This document shows positions 1-14,559 of a DNA stretch of 64,000 nt, one piece after another. The notes beneath the pieces are model-generated. The model was not told where the DNA came from. It made no database searches and saw only the letters and a program-made list of their open reading frames with translations. The translations under genes were made by a program, and so were the position numbers. Location of the stretch: the NCBI GenBank assembly GCA_032718475.1, contig JAUCBJ010000968.1:1-64000 (forward strand), read 5' to 3'. Source of the stretch: Nemertoderma westbladi (Eukaryota; Animalia; Xenacoelomorpha). Each line of letters begins with the position of its first letter. Position 1 is the first letter of the stretch.

Positions 1-139
1 ACATGCGCATGGCTTATTATTATTACATTATTACATATTATTACATTTACAGCGCACTATTATACATACTAGTCAGTTAGTGAGTAGGTACTGACTGTCA
101 GTCTCCCTGACACTGACTGTCTAGTGTTATACCAGTACT

Positions 140-2819
140 TATGCAAATATGTAAAGCATCACGGTATTATCTGCTCTACTACTTTGTATATAATACATAT
201 ATTAACTAGATTAGAGCCATACTTATGTTTTTACATGATTGACACTATGTCTAGTGTTGTATTCGTGGAGGATCAGGTGTATGCGCTGATAGATGCACTT
301 GGAATTTGGAAAGGACATCCAGCAAACTCTTCGCGTGACACTAAACATTAACCGGGATGCTCCCGATACGACCATCAAATCTATACTCGATGCTTTCCAA
401 ACTCACCTATGATCAAAGAGTAGTCTAGCTGTGGATGCAATAAAGTTCCACAAATGACAACAGAGACCCAATGAATCGTTTGATTCCTTTGCATTGCTCT
501 TGAGGAACTCGCAGACAGTGCCAAGCGCTGCGTACACTGTCGACACCAGCAGTTGGTGACGCAAATCCTCATTGGGATTCACTCTTCCGAAACTCGGACC
601 GAATTATTGAATGTCCTCCCACAACCCACATCCATCCAATCTCAATCCATGGAGGCAAACAAGAAAAATGAATCACTCATTGGAGGTACTAAACCAATCC
701 GGAAGGTTTCATCCTATAAACTATAAGCAGTAGAAGTCCCGATCTCAGTCTAAACAGCATTCCACTCACTCATGGGGTAAACCCCAAAGTAGCCCACATC
801 ACACATCAACGACCTCATTGCACTGCAAATATTGCAACCACAATCATTCTGTTGGTCATGACAACTGTCCAGCCAAGGATTCTACATGTTGTTGTTGTGG
901 AAAACCAGGTCACTTTCGGTCTGTCTGCAGCTCTTTGGGAAAAAGTAAACCAAAGAATAAACGTAATACAGTTCAAACCCGCATCTGTCATATCGATATG
1001 GAACCAGGACTTTGTTTCTTGGAATATATCCGGGTACACTCACAGACTCTCACAATGGATGTCGCCTTGGATGCGTCATGGCCCTGTCTGATTCAGGGGC
1101 CTCTGCTGCTGTCATGGAGGAGGCACTTAATCTATGGATGAAGGTGTCAGGTAAACTACCTCCTTCACCGTGTGCGAACCTGGTTGCAGCAAATGAGCTC
1201 CCACTCTATGTTATCGGGCGCCTCCCGATACAACTTTCATTCGAGGGTATAACTATTCCCACATAAATCTTTATATCAGATGAAGTAAAAGGCCTCATCC
1301 TTGACATGGAATTTACACAGAGACTCAGGGTCATCAAACCAGAGTTCGACAGAAGCCACGGTAGGTTTTCCCCTTACCTGGTAGCCATTCTCCCAGTGCA
1401 ACGGGCACTGTTAAATGAATAAACAACCTCAGGATGATGAAGTATCACATGAGTAATGAGTATACCACCAGCTCTAGTTGAAGAACAGGAGAAACTCATC
1501 ATCAATGAGTTAAGACACGTTTTTGATGAACAGTCACATAAACTTTCCTTAATGAATGGAATGGTTCTCCCAAGGGGCTGTACCTTCCCATGCCAATGGC
1601 CTGTCCAGTGCCATTCCCCCTGCGGAATAGTAGTATCGATGTTCGATGTGAGGTACTTGCCAATGTTAGCGAACCCACGGAATGGACACACCCGATGGCA
1701 GCGTTTTGGAAACCCAGTGGTACGCTCCACCTCTTAATAATCAGGTACTACTTATTACCCTACTCCCAACCCTCAAGCTGTCTTCTCCCAGTACGATGCA
1801 GAGGACCAATTATTCACCATCTTTGATGCTGCCTCAGGGTACTGGCAGGTTCCCCTTGACGAGGAATCCCAACCCCTAACTACTTTTGTGACACCATGGG
1901 GGCGATATAAACACCTGCACAGCACAATGGGGCTAATATCTAGCGGCGACAAATTCAATCTCCGTGGTGATGAAGCACTCGCAGGTATCCCGAACCTCCT
2001 CAAAGTCGTAGATCTACCATCCTCTACCACCGCACATTTGAGGAACATATGGCCAGGATCCACACCTTCCTGCAGCACTGTCGCATGTACTATATTTGCT
2101 TACACCCAAACAAAACCCAATTCGTACATTGAGAGGTACAATTCGATGGTTTTATCAGTGGTGCTGATGGAATCCATGCTGATCCAGCAAAGCTACCCAC
2201 AATCTCGGCCTTCCCCAGACCAACAAATATCACAGATCTTCTGAGTTTTGTTTGTCTGGTCGAGCAGTTGGCTCCATTTACCACTGAGATCTCGTCCGTA
2301 ATGGCCCCACTAAGTCCGCTCCTCATGTCATGGAATCCTTTCTTGTGGAACCGCGAACATAAACGAGCCTTTAATGCCACTAAATCGCTTCTCACATCTG
2401 CACTATTACTTGCGTCATTCAATCAAATGAAGGAGACCCAGCTAGAAACTGATGCCTTTCGCCGACACAGGCTCAGGTATGCTCTCTTTCAACGGCATGG
2501 CGATGACTGGCGACTGGTAGAGTGTAGCTCAAGCTTTATGAATGAAACAGAGGAAAGGTATGCCGCTGTGGGAGCTGGATTTGCTCGGTGTGGTATGGGC
2601 TACTACAAAATACCGTGTCTACACCTCCTTGGCCTCCCAACATACACTGTGGTGGTAGACCATCAGATATGTAAAGCATCACGGTATTATCTGATCTGCT
2701 AGATATATGAACTACTATTCCAGTTAAGTTCCAGTTACTGTTCCATAAGTTCCACTTATGTTTTTACATGTTTAACACTATCTCTAGTGTTTGTAGTGGT
2801 CTCCCACCACAGCACTACA
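140..2819 (+). mobile_element. Decayed Ty3/Gypsy LTR retrotransposon (gag, protease, RT, RNase H remnants; no integrase seen)
   Basis: Frameshifted fragments: gag zinc knuckle (CCCCGKPGHFRSVC, 818-1141); protease-like ALSDSGASAAVM (1012-1266); RT-like sequence (FDAASGYWQVPLDEES read at ~1820-1870, then TPWGRYK...MGLISSGD); RNase H (LETDAFR...WRLVECSSSFMNETEERYA...YTVVVDHQ, 2268-2702). ATATGTAAAGCATCACGGTATTATCTG...CTTATGTTTTTACATG occurs at ~147-260 and ~2667-2790, consistent with LTR remnants. Confidence 0.85.
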
Positions 2820-2874
2820 TTTACAGTGTTCCATAAGGATACCATAATTATCCCAATTATTTTAATTTTTACAG

Positions 2875-3047
2875 TTTGTGACACAATCTACTTAAATGAG
2901 CCAACTGGTACCATCAGATCGCCAAACCATCCAGAATTATATGCTCCCAATCTACAATGTGACTATCGTATAGAAGCTTACCCGGGAAAAATTATACAGC
3001 TTACGTTTTTGGCTTTCAGCACAGAAGACAATTTCGACAATTTAAAT
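2875..3047 (+). CDS. Exon: N-terminal half of a CUB domain (internal exon of predicted CUB-DEG/ENaC gene)
   Basis: ttttacag| acceptor and |gtaaga donor; encodes CDTIYLNEPTGTIRSPNHPELYAPNLQCDYRIEAYPGKIIQLTFLAFSTEDNFDNLN, the typical CUB pattern (G.I.SPN.P..Y..N..C.Y.I...G..I.LTF..F..E). Starts phase 1, ends phase 0. Confidence 0.92.
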
Positions 3048-3973
3048 GTAAGACAATTCATTTATAATAATAAATTATTTTAGCTAAGAATGTGCGAAAA
3101 TTTAAGTGTAAAATTTGAGTTTAGCTTGAAAATGAGTGATAGTCACTTAACTTAATAGCCTATTAGTGGCACAGTAGCATTTTGGTGTGGTGTGGTGAAG
3201 GCTGCTATTCTCCCGTCCTAAGTCGAAACCATGTAACTGGAAAAATGTAGTATTGAGGAATACTTACCTAAAATTAATGAATCTGCATTGGGCACGGCGA
3301 CATCTGCACACCAGAACATCTTACTTGTTTTAATTATAAAAAACAGGTACTTTTTCAATTATAAAAAAGCGGTACTTTTTAATAATATAATACAATCGAA
3401 ATGAATTAATATAAGAAACACTGATATTTAAAGAGGAACTGCCTATTTATTAGTCGAATGTTGAAAGATTTGATCATTTTGAAATAAAATATCTATAAAA
3501 TTTATATATAAGATCTCAGTTGGAATGGCCTCATTATCTCCGTACTTATTCAAGCTACACGTAATAATAGGACCAAAATCGCTCGTCACTGAACCTACCA
3601 ACATCTGTGGGAACATATTCGGATCCTGATTGCTAACATCCTCAGTTTCAATTTCGGTGTGGAACAACTATCTGTATGTGGACTTATATAACTCCGTATT
3701 ATAAACATTGAGTTTCAAGTATGTATGATGAGTGACCTCTATGAAAGACTTTCGAGAATGGCTATGGCTAATGAAACGTTTCATAGGGTTGGCAGCCTCA
3801 TCATAACATCTTCCTTATTTTTAATAGTAGGATATTTTTTTTAGTTGCCATTAGGGAATACAAATTTCAAATACCTAATACACTAAATGTTATGGACATG
3901 GGCAATCAATGAGATACAGTAGTTGTTTTAAATATCCCTCGTTATTCATGATTTGGGTTTCCTATAAACTGGA

Positions 3974-6900
3974 GCTTCAGATTGGTTTCTATGTGATTTA
4001 CTCTGCTTCAGATTGGTTTCTATGTGATTTACTCTGCATCAGATTGGTTTCTATGTGATTTACTCTGCATCAGATTGGTTTCTATGTGATTTACTCTGCA
4101 TCAGATTGGTTTCTATGTGATTTACTCTGCATCAGATTGGTTTCTATGTGATTTACTCTGCATCAGATTGGTTTCTATGTGATTTACTCTGCATCAGATT
4201 GGTTTCTATGTGATTTACTCTGCTTCAGATTGGTTTCTATGTGATTTACTCTGCATCAGATTGGTTTCTATGTGATTTACTCTGCATCAGATTGGTTTCT
4301 ATGTGATTTACTCTGCATCAGATTGGTTTCTATGTGATTTACTCTGCTTCAGATTGGTTTCTATGTGATTTACTCTGCATCAGATTGGTTTCTATGTGAT
4401 TTACTCTGCATCAGATTGGTTTCTATGTGATTTACTCTGCATCAGATTGGTTTCTATGTGATTTACTCTGCATCAGATTGGTTTCTATGTGATTTACTCT
4501 GCATCAGATTGGTTTCTATGTGATTTACTCTGCTTCAGATTGGTTTCTATGTGATTTACTCTGCATCAGATTGGTTTCTATGTGATTTACTCTGCATCAG
4601 ATTGGTTTCTATGTGATTTACTCTGCATCAGATTGGTTTCTATGTGATTTACTCTGCATCAGATTGGTTTCTATGTGATTTACTCTGCATCAGATTGGTT
4701 TCTATGTGATTTACTCTGCATCAGATTGGTTTCTATGTGATTTACTCTGCATCAGATTGGTTTCTATGTGATTTACTCTGCATCAGATTGGTTTCTATGT
4801 GATTTACTCTGCTTCAGATTGGTTTCTATGTGATTTACTCTGCATCAGATTGGTTTCTATGTGATTTACTCTGCATCAGATTGGTTTCTATGTGATTTAC
4901 TCTGCATCAGATTGGTTTCTATGTGATTTACTCTGCATCAGATTGGTTTCTATGTGATTTACTCTGCTTCAGATTGGTTTCTATGTGATTTACTCTGCAT
5001 CAGATTGGTTTCTATGTGATTTACTCTGCATCAGATTGGTTTCTATGTGATTTACTCTGCATCAGATTGGTTTCTATGTGATTTACTCTGCATCAGATTG
5101 GTTTCTATGTGATTTACTCTGCATCAGATTGGTTTCTATGTGATTTACTCTGCATCAGATTGGTTTCTATGTGATTTACTCTGCTTCAGATTGGTTTCTA
5201 TGTGATTTACTCTGCATCAGATTGGTTTCTATATGATTTACTCTGCATCAGATTGGTTTCTATGTGATTTACTCTGCATCAGATTGGTTTCTATGTGATT
5301 TACTCTGCATCAGATTGGTTTCTATGTGATTTACTCTGCATCAGATTGGTTTCTATGTGATTTACTCTGCATCAGATTGGTTTCTATGTGATTTACTCTG
5401 CATCAGATTGGTTTCTATGTGATTTACTCTGCATCAGATTGGTTTCTATGTGATTTACTCTGCTTCAGATTGGTTTCTATGTGATTTACTCTGCATCAGA
5501 TTGGTTTCTATGTGATTTACTCTGCTTCAGATTGGTTTCTATGTGATTTACTCTGCATCAGATTGGTTTCTATGTGATTTACTCTGCATCAGATTGGTTT
5601 CTATGTGATTTACTTTGCATCAGATTGGTTTCTATGTGATTTACTCTGCATCAGATTGGTTTCTATGTGATTTACTCTGCATCAGATTGGTTTCTATGTG
5701 ATTTACTCTGCATCAGATTGGTTTCTATGTGATTTACTCTGCATCAGATTGGTTTCTATGTGATTTACTCTGCATCAGATTGGTTTCTATGTGATTTACT
5801 CTGCATCAGATTGGTTTCTATGTGATTTACTCTGCATCAGATTGGTTTCTATGTGATTTACTCTGCATCAGATTGGTTTCTATGTGATTTACTCTGCATC
5901 AGATTGGTTTCTATGTGATTTACTCTGCTTCAGATTGGTTTCTATGTGATTTACTCTGCATCAGATTGGTTTCTATGTGATTTACTCTGCATCAGATTGG
6001 TTTCTATGTGATTTACTCTGCTTCAGATTGGTTTCTATGTGATTTACTCTGCATCAGATTGGTTTCTATGTGATTTACTCTGCTTCAGATTGGTTTCTAT
6101 GTGATTTACTCTGCATCAGATTGGTTTCTATGTGATTTACTCTGCATCAGATTGGTTTCTATGTGATTTACTCTGCATCAGATTGGTTTCTATGTGATTT
6201 ACTCTGCATCAGATTGGTTTCTATGTGATTTACTCTGCATCAGATTGGTTTCTATGTGATTTACTCTGCATCAGATTGGTTTCTATGTGATTTACTCTGC
6301 ATCAGATTGGTTTCTATGTGATTTACTCTGCATCAGATTGGTTTCTATGTGATTTACTCTGCATCAGATTGGTTTCTATGTGATTTACTCTGCATCAGAT
6401 TGGTTTCTATGTGATTTACTCTGCATCAGATTGGTTTCTATGTGATTTACTCTGCATCAGATTGGTTTCTATGTGATTTACTCTGCATCAGATTGGTTTC
6501 TATGTGATTTACTCTGCATCAGATTGGTTTCTATGTGATTTACTCTGCATCAGATTGGTTTCTATGTGATTTACTCTGCATCAGATTGGTTTCTATGTGA
6601 TTTACTCTGCATCAGATTGGTTTCTATGTGATTTACTCTGCATCAGATTGGTTTCTATGTGATTTACTCTGCATCAGATTGGTTTCTATGTGATTTACTC
6701 TGCATCAGATTGGTTTCTATGTGATTTACTCTGCATCAGATTGGTTTCTATGTGATTTACTCTGCATCAGATTGGTTTCTATGTGATTTACTCTGCATCA
6801 GATTGGTTTCTATGTGATTTACTCTGCATCAGATTGGTTTCTATGTGATTTACTCTGCATCAGATTGGTTTCTATGTGATTTACTCTGCATCAGATTGGT

Positions 6901-9900
6901 TTCTATGTGATTTACTCTGCATCAGATTGGTTTCTATGTGATTTACTCTGCTTCAGATTGGTTTCTATGTGATTTACTCTGCTTCAGATTGGTTTCTATG
7001 TGATTTACTCTGCATCAGATTGGTTTCTATGTGATTTACTCTGCATCAGATTGGTTTCTATGTGATTTACTCTGCATCAGATTGGTTTCTATGTGATTTA
7101 CTCTGCTTCAGATTGGTTTCTATGTGATTTACTCTGCATCAGATTGGTTTCTATGTGATTTACTCTGCATCAGATTGGTTTCTATGTGATTTACTCTGCA
7201 TCAGATTGGTTTCTATGTGATTTACTCTGCATCAGATTGGTTTCTATGTGATTTACTCTGCATCAGATTGGTTTCTATGTGATTTACTCTGCATCAGATT
7301 GGTTTCTATGTGATTTACTCTGCATCAGATTGGTTTCTATGTGATTTACTCTGCATCAGATTGGTTTCTATGTGATTTACTCTGCATCAGATTGGTTTCT
7401 ATGTGATTTACTCTGCATCAGATTGGTTTCTATGTGATTTACTCTGCTTCAGATTGGTTTCTATGTGATTTACTCTGCATCAGATTGGTTTCTATGTGAT
7501 TTACTCTGCATCAGATTGGTTTCTATGTGATTTACTCTGCATCAGATTGGTTTCTATGTGATTTACTCTGCTTCAGATTGGTTTCTATGTGATTTACTCT
7601 GCATCAGATTGGTTTCTATGTGATTTACTCTGCATCAGATTGGTTTCTATGTGATTTACTCTGCATCAGATTGGTTTCTATGTGATTTACTCTGCATCAG
7701 ATTGGTTTCTATGTGATTTACTCTGCATCAGATTGGTTTCTATGTGATTTACTCTGCATCAGATTGGTTTCTATGTGATTTACTCTGCATCAGATTGGTT
7801 TCTATGTGATTTACTCTGCATCAGATTGGTTTCTATGTGATTTACTCTGCATCAGATTGGTTTCTATGTGATTTACTCTGCATCAGATTGGTTTCTATGT
7901 GATTTACTCTGCATCAGATTGGTTTCTATGTGATTTACTCTGCATCAGATTGGTTTCTATGTGATTTACTCTGCATCAGATTGGTTTCTATGTGATTTAC
8001 TCTGCATCAGATTGGTTTCTATGTGATTTACTCTGCATCAGATTGGTTTCTATGTGATTTACTCTGCATCAGATTGGTTTCTATGTGATTTACTCTGCAT
8101 CAGATTGGTTTCTATGTGATTTACTCTGCATCAGATTGGTTTCTATGTGATTTACTCTGCATCAGATTGGTTTCTATGTGATTTACTCTGCATCAGATTG
8201 GTTTCTATGTGATTTACTCTGCATCAGATTGGTTTCTATGTGATTTACTCTGCATCAGATTGGTTTCTATGTGATTTACTCTGCATCAGATTGGTTTCTA
8301 TGTGATTTACTCTGCATCAGATTGGTTTCTATGTGATTTACTCTGCATCAGATTGGTTTCTATGTGATTTACTCTGCATCAGATTGGTTTCTATGTGATT
8401 TACTCTGCATCAGATTGGTTTCTATGTGATTTACTCTGCATCAGATTGGTTTCTATGTGATTTACTCTGCATCAGATTGGTTTCTATGTGATTTACTCTG
8501 CTTCAGATTGGTTTCTATGTGATTTACTCTGCATCAGATTGGTTTCTATGTGATTTACTCTGCATCAGATTGGTTTCTATGTGATTTACTCTGCATCAGA
8601 TTGGTTTCTATGTGATTTACTCTGCATCAGATTGGTTTCTATGTGATTTACTCTGCATCAGATTGGTTTCTATGTGATTTACTCTGCATCAGATTGGTTT
8701 CTATGTGATTTACTCTGCATCAGATTGGTTTCTATGTGATTTACTCTGCATCAGATTGGTTTCTATGTGATTTACTCTGCATCAGATTGGTTTCTATGTG
8801 ATTTACTCTGCATCAGATTGGTTTCTATGTGATTTACTCTGCATCAGATTGGTTTCTATGTGATTTACTCTGCATCAGATTGGTTTCTATGTGATTTACT
8901 CTGCATCAGATTGGTTTCTATGTGATTTACTCTGCATCAGATTGGTTTCTATGTGATTTACTCTGCATCAGATTGGTTTCTATGTGATTTACTCTGCATC
9001 AGATTGGTTTCTATGTGATTTACTCTGCATCAGATTGGTTTCTATGTGATTTACTCTGCATCAGATTGGTTTCTATGTGATTTACTCTGCATCAGATTGG
9101 TTTCTATGTGATTTACTCTGCATCAGATTGGTTTCTATGTGATTTACTCTGCATCAGATTGGTTTCTATGTGATTTACTCTGCATCAGATTGGTTTCTAT
9201 GTGATTTACTCTGCATCAGATTGGTTTCTATGTGATTTACTCTGCATCAGATTGGTTTCTATGTGATTTACTCTGCATCAGATTGGTTTCTATGTGATTT
9301 ACTCTGCATCAGATTGGTTTCTATGTGATTTACTCTGCTTCAGATTGGTTTCTATGTGATTTACTCTGCATCAGATTGGTTTCTATGTGATTTACTCTGC
9401 ATCAGATTGGTTTCTATGTGATTTACTCTGCATCAGATTGGTTTCTATGTGATTTACTCTGCATCAGATTGGTTTCTATGTGATTTACTCTGCATCAGAT
9501 TGGTTTCTATGTGATTTACTCTGCATCAGATTGGTTTCTATGTGATTTACTCTGCATCAGATTGGTTTCTATGTGATTTACTCTGCATCAGATTGGTTTC
9601 TATGTGATTTACTCTGCATCAGATTGGTTGCTATGTGATTTACTCTGCTTCAGATTGGTTTCTATGTGATTTACTCTGCATCAGATTGGTTTCTATGTGA
9701 TTTACTCTGCATCAGATTGGTTTCTATGTGATTTACTCTGCATCAGATTGGTTGCTATGTGATTTACTCTGCTTCAGATTGGTTTCTATGTGATTTACTC
9801 TGCATCAGATTGGTTTCTATGTGATTTACTCTGCATCAGATTGGTTTCTATGTGATTTACTCTGCATCAGATTGGTTTCTATGTGATTTACTCTGCATCA

Positions 9901-10107
9901 GATTGGTTTCTATGTGATTTACTCTGCATCAGATTGGTTTCTATGTGATTTACTCTGCATCAGATTGGTTTCTATGTGATTTACTCTGCATCAGATTGGT
10001 TTCTATGTGATTTACTCTGCATCAGATTGGTTTCTATGTGATTTACTCTGCATCAGATTGGTTGCTATGTGATTTACTCTGCATCAGATTGGTTTCTATG
10101 TGATTTA
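3974..10107. repeat. 31-bp minisatellite, ~200 copies, intronic
   Basis: Unit AGATTGGTTTCTATGTGATTTACTCTGCATC with a recurrent GCATC/GCTTC variant; nearly homogeneous. Confidence 0.98.
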
Positions 10108-10254
10108 AATTTACTGTGCATCCGATTAGTTGCTCTGCATGTTAATGAGCTTGCCTGTACAGATGTGTTATTGACATAAATCAAGTAACTGTAAGGTACT
10201 GTGTATTAATGCTCCAATGCCAAGGTAAAATAATTTAACTTGTCATTTCAGATA

Positions 10255-10489
10255 GGGGGGGAAACTGGACGCTTTAAAAATTCATCCCTCTCCAGGGGAA
10301 ATAACAGCTGATTATTCTCAAAAATAAAACTGTAACCTGTTCTATTGTGCTTAGTTTATTGTTTTGGTTAAAATAACGTGCCACTGTAACCTGCTGCTTT
10401 CCCTAAATTGAGAATTTAACATTGAGGCGGGATATTAATTCGCCAAGGCTGGTTTTGCGTCCAGTCCCCCCCCCCCCCCCCCCCCCCCC
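10255..10489. mobile_element. MITE-like element with poly-G/poly-C ends
   Basis: Ends GGGGG(AA)ACTGGACGC ... GCGTCCAGTCCCCC. Homologous sequence (CAGCTGTTATTT...GCGTCGAAAGTCCCCC) in opposite orientation at ~10780-10848, ~39835-39922 and ~59337-59590. Confidence 0.65.
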
Positions 10490-11446
10490 TGTCTCTGTCA
10501 TTTGCATGGTAAACGCATAGGCCTACAGTTACAGTACATGCTTTTCATTTACAACATGTGGTGGAATACATGACTTAGCAGACTCTTATTTAATTGTTAA
10601 TTCATTGCCAAATTGGAGACTGGGGGAAACAAATCCCATCACAAATTAATATCCAGCCTCAATGTTAAAAGCTCAATTTAGAGATATGAGTAGGTTACTA
10701 ACATTGGCACGTTATTCTAACCAAAACAATAAACTAAAGTCAATAGAACAGGGTACAGTTATATTTTTTGATTGGCTTCAGCTGTTATTTGATTCGAATT
10801 TCCCCTGGAGAGGGATGAATTTTTATTGCGTCGAAAGTCCCCCCTCCCCTATCTAGCCAATTGATAGAGCTCGTCTTCAGCCTTTGTCTTTTCAATATTA
10901 CTTTTACTTTAAATCTCACCTTGCCTCTAACACTATTCCTACTTATATCTAACTAAAACACATATACTGAAGAATCATCTACCTACCGACATCATCCCTG
11001 ATCAATTTTGGTTGTTTGAGAGTGATGCCCAGGTCCGCAGCCAGTATAAGGCGAAGGTAGGCACCGCCTACCTTCGTTGTGTGAGAGTGATGTGTGTGAG
11101 AGTGATGTCCAACCAAAATTTAGAATTATACATTAATATTTTCAAATGAAGAGGGATTCGGCATGGATTGCCTTTCTTATATGTACCTGTACCGTTGCCC
11201 AACCCAGAGATTGATGAGCAGAGGATAGGTAAAACTCAAGAGTGATGAGAACAATAATTACATTAACTCTTAAAACGGGTTCGAATTCATATGCCTATAC
11301 ATATTATGCTATTCCGTGATACAGTTCTTCCTACTAGTAGTTTTCATGAATTAGACAAACAACATACAATGCGATAAATCTCATTCCAGGCATAAATTGA
11401 CATATTGATTTACTGAGATGAGATGAGGAGTGTTATATGTTTTCAG

Positions 11447-12034
11447 TAGGGATGTGTGGATTGACCATTTTCATACCGACCAGGCCGGAGCCGGCGCCGG
11501 ATTTGTAAATAAATCCGGCCGGAGTTACGGCCATAGCCGCATTTTTTGTATATATCACAATAACCATTACATCATAACCTACGACTATTTGATAATTTGG
11601 TATAAAGGATTGATTTGATATTGTTGAATGTTAAAAATATGAAAATGAAATGAAATAAAGTGCAATACTTTAGTTTTTTTATACTGTCTGAGTTAAATTG
11701 GTTTTACTCGAGTTTCTAAATTGCCCGTCGAATATCTGAACTGGTCATTCACGGTGGCAAGTTTAATATAATAAGTTTAATACAATATAATAATTATTGA
11801 CTAGTGATAATTATTATATGGGCATGCATACGTGTACTATTATATACTGTATGTTAGGTGTTAGTGAGGCTGAGCCAATCCAAAATGATATTCTTGGCAA
11901 AAGTAGTCAGTCAGTCAGCTCAGCATGTAGATAGTCATAAAATGATAGCTCTGCTTCAGACTTTATCATATTCATAATATGAACGAATATGATAGAAATA
12001 TCCGTTGGCTTGGCGGATTCCCGGGACACCCCTA
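11447..12034. mobile_element. Non-autonomous hAT-type DNA transposon (MITE)
   Basis: Termini TAGGGATG ... CACCCCTA, flanked by an exact 8-bp direct repeat GTTTTCAG (11439-11446 and 12035-12042); subterminal CCGG-rich motifs. Confidence 0.8.
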
Positions 12035-12170
12035 GTTTTCAGACTATCCATATGGCGTTGTTTTTTTTAAGTTCCGTTTTTTGTAGTCAACTGTAAAAAA
12101 ATTTCATTAAAGTGTGATGAATCAAGTCCTATTATTGTTAGAACTTTAAGTTTAATGTTAAGAATTCAGA

Positions 12171-12331
12171 ATTCGAGTAGTGATGTATTCCACCGCCTAA
12201 CTATTCGAGTAGTGATGTATTCCACCGCCTAACTATTCGAGTAGTGATGTATTCCACCGCCTAACTATTCGAGTAGTGATGTATTCCACCGCCTAACTAT
12301 TCGAGTAGTGATGTATTCCACCGCCTAACTA
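12171..12331. repeat. 32-bp tandem repeat, 5 copies
   Basis: ATTCGAGTAGTGATGTATTCCACCGCCTAACT repeated without spacers. Confidence 0.95.
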
Positions 12332-12659
12332 TAATTAACTTATATTGTGGGGATTATGATGAAAATATTCTGATCGGAATATCTGTGATTCGTTACTGAT
12401 CGATAAAATATTATACATGGGGCTTCGCGCTTGTCAATTCCAAGTTGTGATGATAAATTACTTCCAGATACATCCTTTACTGTACATGTCGGGACAATAT
12501 AGAGTTGATAATTTCTGAAAAACTGATTGATAAATTGACTTTTGATAAATTCTATCAATTCTGATTGTGAGAGCCAGCACTGGAGGCGGCCCAAAGTGAC
12601 ATATTTTCTTACGTATTTAGATCCTTAAGTTTAATAGTTTCTGCTATAACTTCTTACAG

Positions 12660-12822
12660 GTTTATGACGGAATGGATTACAATGCTGCGCTAGTTGCTAC
12701 ATATTCGGGAAGTACTACACCTCCTCCTATGAATAGTTCTAATAACGCACTCTTTTTGAGATTCACTTCCGATTCAAGTGTAAATCAACCTGGATTTGAA
12801 GCCGCTTACATTGCTATTGATG
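12660..12822 (+). CDS. Exon: C-terminal half of the CUB domain
   Basis: ttcttacag| acceptor, |gtaagt donor; VYDGMDYNAALVATYSGSTTPPPMNSSNNALFLRFTSDSSVNQPGFEAAYIAID has the CUB VYDG and FTSDSSV...GF.A.Y motifs. Phase 0 start matches the 2875-3047 exon; ends phase 1. Confidence 0.93.
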
Positions 12823-13109
12823 GTAAGTTTCCGCCGAACAAAATAGTACCTAAAATTTGATGGATACCAATTGTCCGGGTACCAATGAATCTAGGATTCT
12901 ATTAAGTTCCAATGCCATTACGGAACACTGGCGTAATTCAATGGAAAATTATATCATTAAGGAATCTGTCAGTCCCACACATCCCATAGACACTAGACAG
13001 TATCCGTACAGAAAAGGCAGAATAATTTCTAAGTGCATAAGTATATAAACGATTGGTATCCTATTTACCCAAGATATGTTAATGGATGAATTATACCTAT
13101 CAATACATA

Positions 13110-13115
13110 TTTATT
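13110..13115 (-). promoter_or_regulatory. Candidate AATAAA polyadenylation signal of the nested BTB-BACK-TLDc gene
   Basis: TTTATT on + strand about 70 nt past the stop codon at 13185. Confidence 0.5.
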
Positions 13116-13184
13116 CATTTGTGCTACAGTCGCAGCCTTACAAGGTGATTCGTCACCTCGTCATGCCATTAATCACATTAGACA

Positions 13185-14173
13185 TCACCGCCGTACCCCC
13201 ACAGTAGTGATAGCTTGAACGCTCTCCTTTAATGTAAATACTTCGTAATCATGTATAGCGAAGCAGGCGTCGCCCATTAACAAAGATCCTGGTAGGTCCC
13301 GAGCTGAGTACGAATGGGGAAACCTACTCCGTGAGGCGTTGTTTACATTGCAATTGTTCGCGAGCATCAGATCGGGACCCGCACCAAATGTGGGCCCGTA
13401 ACTGGGATGGCTGCACACCGCGAAGGACGGTTGCTGAATCGGGAACTGCATGGGGGGATATTCCTCCTTGTTTGCGAGAGAGAATAGAAAGGTGTTGTTG
13501 GATTCGGAATACTTCCCCTCTGATTGGTAGCGGCCAGAGAGGCAGCCAACATCCCAGGCCACGTCGCTGTAACCCCCGCAGATGCAACCGTTGGTTCCCT
13601 GTACAATGATGTAAGTGGGAGTGTAACCATCGCAGAGCTGATGGAACGCCGGACCTGTGTAGCCGTCTCGTGATGCGCGGTACAGAAGCCGCCACTGCTG
13701 TCGCATACTACCGTACCACAGCGCGAGGTACCGCTGCAACGGTCTGTATTGGTTCGTGAGAATATCCGTATCCATGAACAGCCGATACACAATCCGCGGT
13801 TGAAGTCGCAGATCTGTTCCCATCTCCCACACCCTTCTCGGAATAGCCGCCATCCGATATCGCTCCAAACATATCTCATTAGGAATTATCCGTGTTGATT
13901 CAACCTCCTTGGCGAATATCCTCGACTCGATCAACATGAAGCGAATGAAGGGAAATAAAGGCTCTACGAGTTTCCTCACCCGCTCCCGATCGTCGTCATC
14001 CCATTGGTCGCTACGGATGTGCGTCTGCGCTTGGAAACAGGCCCATCGCATTACGGATCGCCACACTTCCGACTCCTCCATTATGAACATATCGGAGCTG
14101 AGGAGATAGATTATTGAGTCTGATGATTGCTCCAACCACGCTTGAGATAAAACACATTCCATGGAATTTTCTC
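13185..14173 (-). CDS. BTB-BACK-TLDc protein, exon 2 (BACK + TLDc domains)
   Basis: Acceptor ttattaattacag|GA. BACK motifs (LLSSD.F.MEESEVWRSVMRWA; LFPFIRF.LI). TLDc motifs (WRLLYRASRDGY...FHQLCDG..PT; GGYSDVAW; TFLFSL; YGPTFGAGPDL; FAIHDYEVF). 989 nt, in phase with exon 1. Confidence 0.93.
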
Positions 14174-14559
14174 CTGTAATTAATAAAAGTATCAATGGTA
14201 ATTAACAATATGTATGAATACTTTAGAGCAGTGGAAAGTTATATAGCATTGTCCACTTTCTGGAATACTTGTCTGAGCATGGTTACGACCGCAAAACAAA
14301 TAAAATAGAATAACAATTATTTGTTGAGTAATACAATGAATTTACAGTAATTAACTTAAAAATTACTTCATATAATAGCATATTTCAAAAAGGGAATCTC
14401 TTAATTAATATTTTTATATTCAGAAATTATTTAAAGAAGTTCAAAAAGTAAGAATAATTCATTCACATGCTGTTAAATGTGTGCTGTTCACATCACATAT
14501 CATCTTTCACGTTCGAAGTATAAACGTTCATTTTAGTTATTTTCTTTTCTTATTGTTTA

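Noticed and set aside
3974-10107. CRISPR-like regular repeats (also 12171-12331, 20117-31328, 61860-64000)
   Set aside because: Contiguous units without unique spacers, no cas genes, eukaryotic context.
13324-14208. Overlapping alternative-frame ORFs over the TLDc exon
   Set aside because: Shadow ORFs of a GC-richer coding exon with no recognisable domain.
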